Shown piece after piece: positions 61,690-64,000 of a stretch of DNA of 64,000 nt. Position numbers and translations under genes: made by a program. The stretch's first letter is position 1. Each line of letters opens with the position of its first letter. This stretch comes from Squalus acanthias (Eukaryota): positions 30,628,001 through 30,692,000 of the forward strand of contig CM059429.1 of assembly GCA_030390025.1 (NCBI GenBank). Reading direction: 5' to 3'. A model generated the notes under the pieces. It made no database searches and was not told where the DNA came from. It saw nothing but the letters and a program-made list of their open reading frames with translations.

Positions 61690-64000
61690 TGGATTAAGAC
61701 TTTCCTGGTTGTCTAGCAGGCAGAACTTATCATCTTGGAAAAACTTTTCTTTTAGCTCCACTTCCTCCAGATAAGAGTCGCTATGGAAACCCACATGGGT
61801 CCCAGCTGTACCTGTCTTTCTGTAGGATATGTTGAGCACTTTTTTCCCCCTCTTATTCCAGTCCCCTCTTTGATCGTTTCCCATTACATTAATGACCACG
61901 TCAGTGCTGCTTCCCTTGCCTTTACTTGGTCCATATCTGACTCTTCCCTTCCCTTCCCTTCCCTTCCTGGACTTCTCGGTCTCTATCTCTGAGGATAGGT
62001 GACTACTGACATATACTACAATAGCAAAATACTGCAGATGCTGGAAATCTGAAATAACAACAGAAAATGCTGGAAACACTCAGCAGGCCAGGCAGCATCC
62101 GTGGAGAGAGAAACAGAGTTAATATTTCATGTCTGTGACCCTTTGACTCTCTCTCTCTCCACGGATGCTGCCTGGCCTGCTGAGTGTTTCCAGCATTTTC
62201 TGTTATTTTATACTACAAGGCTCACTGACTCCCACAACTACCTGGATTATACTTCCCATTACCTTCTCCCAAATTCTCCATCGCATCTGCTCTGATGATG
62301 CCACCTTCTAAAATTATCTTTTTCCTCAGCCAAGGATTCCCCTGATAGAACTGAGTCTGATCCATTTCCCATGATTTTCCCCTTACTCTTTCTTCCCCCT
62401 CTAAGAACTGTGATAGGGTCCCCTTTGTCCTCATCTTCAACCATGCCAGCCTCCACATTCAGCAGATGATCTTCCACCATTTCCAATGTGATCCCACCAC
62501 CAAACACATGTTCCCCTCCCCTCCACTCTCAGCTTCCCTCCATGATGCCCTGGTTCACTCTTCCATTACCCCTATCACCTGCTTTCCTTCTCCTGACATC
62601 TTCTCATGCAAGTGCAGGAGATGCAACATCTGCTCATTCACCTCCTCTTTCACCGATGTCCAAAGCCCCAAACACTCCTGGGTAGACAGTAATTGTACTT
62701 CCTCCAACCTAATGTACTGTATTTGCTGCTCATAGTGCAGCCCCCTTTAAATTAAGACCAAACGCAGATTAGGTGACCGCTTTGTCAAACATATCCATTC
62801 TGTCTGCAAGTTCAACCCCAAGTTCCATGGCACTTGCCACTTTAATTCCCCATCCCGCTCCCACTCTGACTTCTGTCTTTTACCCTTCTATACTACATAG
62901 AATTACAGAGAATGTACAGCACAGAAACAGGCCATTTGGCACAACAGGTCTATGCCAGTGTTTATGCTCCACATAAACCACCTCCCACCCCTCTTCATCT
63001 AACCCTATAACCTATTCTTTTCTTCCTCATGTGTTTATCTAGCTTCCCCTTAAACGCATCTATGCTATTCGCCTCAACTACTCCTTGTGGTAGCGAGTTC
63101 CACATTCTAACCACTCTGGGTAAAGAAGTTTCTCTTGAATTCCCTATTGAATTTATTAGTGACTATCTTATATTTATGCTGTTCCAATTGAGCTCAATTC
63201 AAGTTCAAGGAACAGCACTTTATCTTTCTATTAGACAAATTGCAGCCCTCTGGCCTTACTATTGACTTTAATAACTTGAGACCATAACTTTAGCTCCCAC
63301 TTTCTCTTTGGCAGGAAGCACTGGCAATGTGGATGGGTCTACAGCCATTCTGGCGAGTGATCTGCACTATTCATGTTACATAGATATACAGCAGAGAAAC
63401 GGGCCATTTGGCCAAATGGGTCTATGTCAGTGTTTATGCTCCACACGAGCCTCCTCCTACCTTACTTCATCTCACCCTATCAACACGTCCTTTTATTAAT
63501 TTCTCCCTCATCTACTTATTTATCTATCAGGCCACCTCTCAGAGGTCTTTAAAATTATGAAATGGTTCAATAGGGTAGACGTAGAGAAGATGTTTCCACT
63601 TATGGGGAGTCCAAAACTAGGGACCATAAATATAAGATAGATGTTGACCTGTCTTTTTCTTCACCCAGGCTCCTGAGCCACTGGAGCCTGCTTTACTTTG
63701 CCAGTTTTTCATGCTGGTATTTCTACCCATCTTATCCTCCACCTCCTGAACTATTAACACATTCTCCCCATCTCATAAATATCTTTCATTTCTCTCATTA
63801 TGCCTCATTGTCTTGTGCTAATAGCACCTGCATTTAACCATCTCCTGTTTTTCACTAAAGCACTTTAGAGGACATTCTATTTCTTGTATGTGTGTGTATT
63901 ATTCCACCCCTTCCCTTTGTTCTGTTCCTTTGTAAATGCTGTTCATCTATAATAACCTCCAGTTCTGATTATAAGTCTACACCTAAAACATCAACTTGTC
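61690..64000 (+). mobile_element. Old degenerate Neptune-type PLE, interrupted by a fold-back element (62021-62208) and CR1 fragments (~62895-63180, ~63375-63640)
   Basis: METHMGPSCTCLSVGYVEH, FTWSISDSSLPF, TDSHNYLDYTS, CKCRRCNIC, ggaacagcactttatcttt; degenerate hammerhead near 63960-63996. Confidence 0.8.
62021..62208. mobile_element. Small young fold-back PLE-tail element with TSD
   Basis: ~55-bp perfect inverted arms (cagaaaatgctggaaacactcagcaggccaggcagcatccgtggagagaga); TSD tatactaca(a) at 62012 and 62209; splits the host PLE TDIYYK motif. Confidence 0.88.

Noticed and set aside
63960-63996. Functional hammerhead ribozyme
   Set aside because: Core is degenerate (ctgatta, taaaa in place of CUGANGA and GAAA).

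Overview
Eukaryotic, intron-rich vertebrate DNA, most likely a shark or other cartilaginous fish (HE1-type V-SINE, CR1, L2 and Neptune-type Penelope repeats). The + strand carries the 3' two-thirds of an LRCH3 gene: about 14 internal exons from 6509 to 42105, including the CH-domain exons. It ends in two alternative terminal exons, one transmembrane (45577-45783) and one soluble (49664-49771), followed by a ~4.4 kb 3'UTR. The last exon of IQCG/DRC9 lies tail-to-tail on the - strand (59972-60115). Mobile elements include a 1.7 kb solo LTR, two Penelope-like elements (PLEs), CR1/L2 LINEs, SINEs, MITEs and a full-length but broken Tigger/pogo transposon. Four observations stand out. (1) A 1.1 kb spacer-less palindrome is built from a PLE 3' end, flanked by a 13-bp TSD, with a hammerhead ribozyme on each strand; two smaller fold-back elements share its architecture. 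(2) Several candidate 9-15 nt microexons occur in LRCH3, two of them with upstream 'poison' acceptors, in a UGCAUG-rich intron. (3) A TAA codon cuts off an otherwise preserved C-terminal STV PDZ-binding motif. (4) An 81-nt cassette exon carries an LRCH4-like motif. Gene names rest on recalled human protein sequences; no database search was run, and boundaries of old repeats are approximate.
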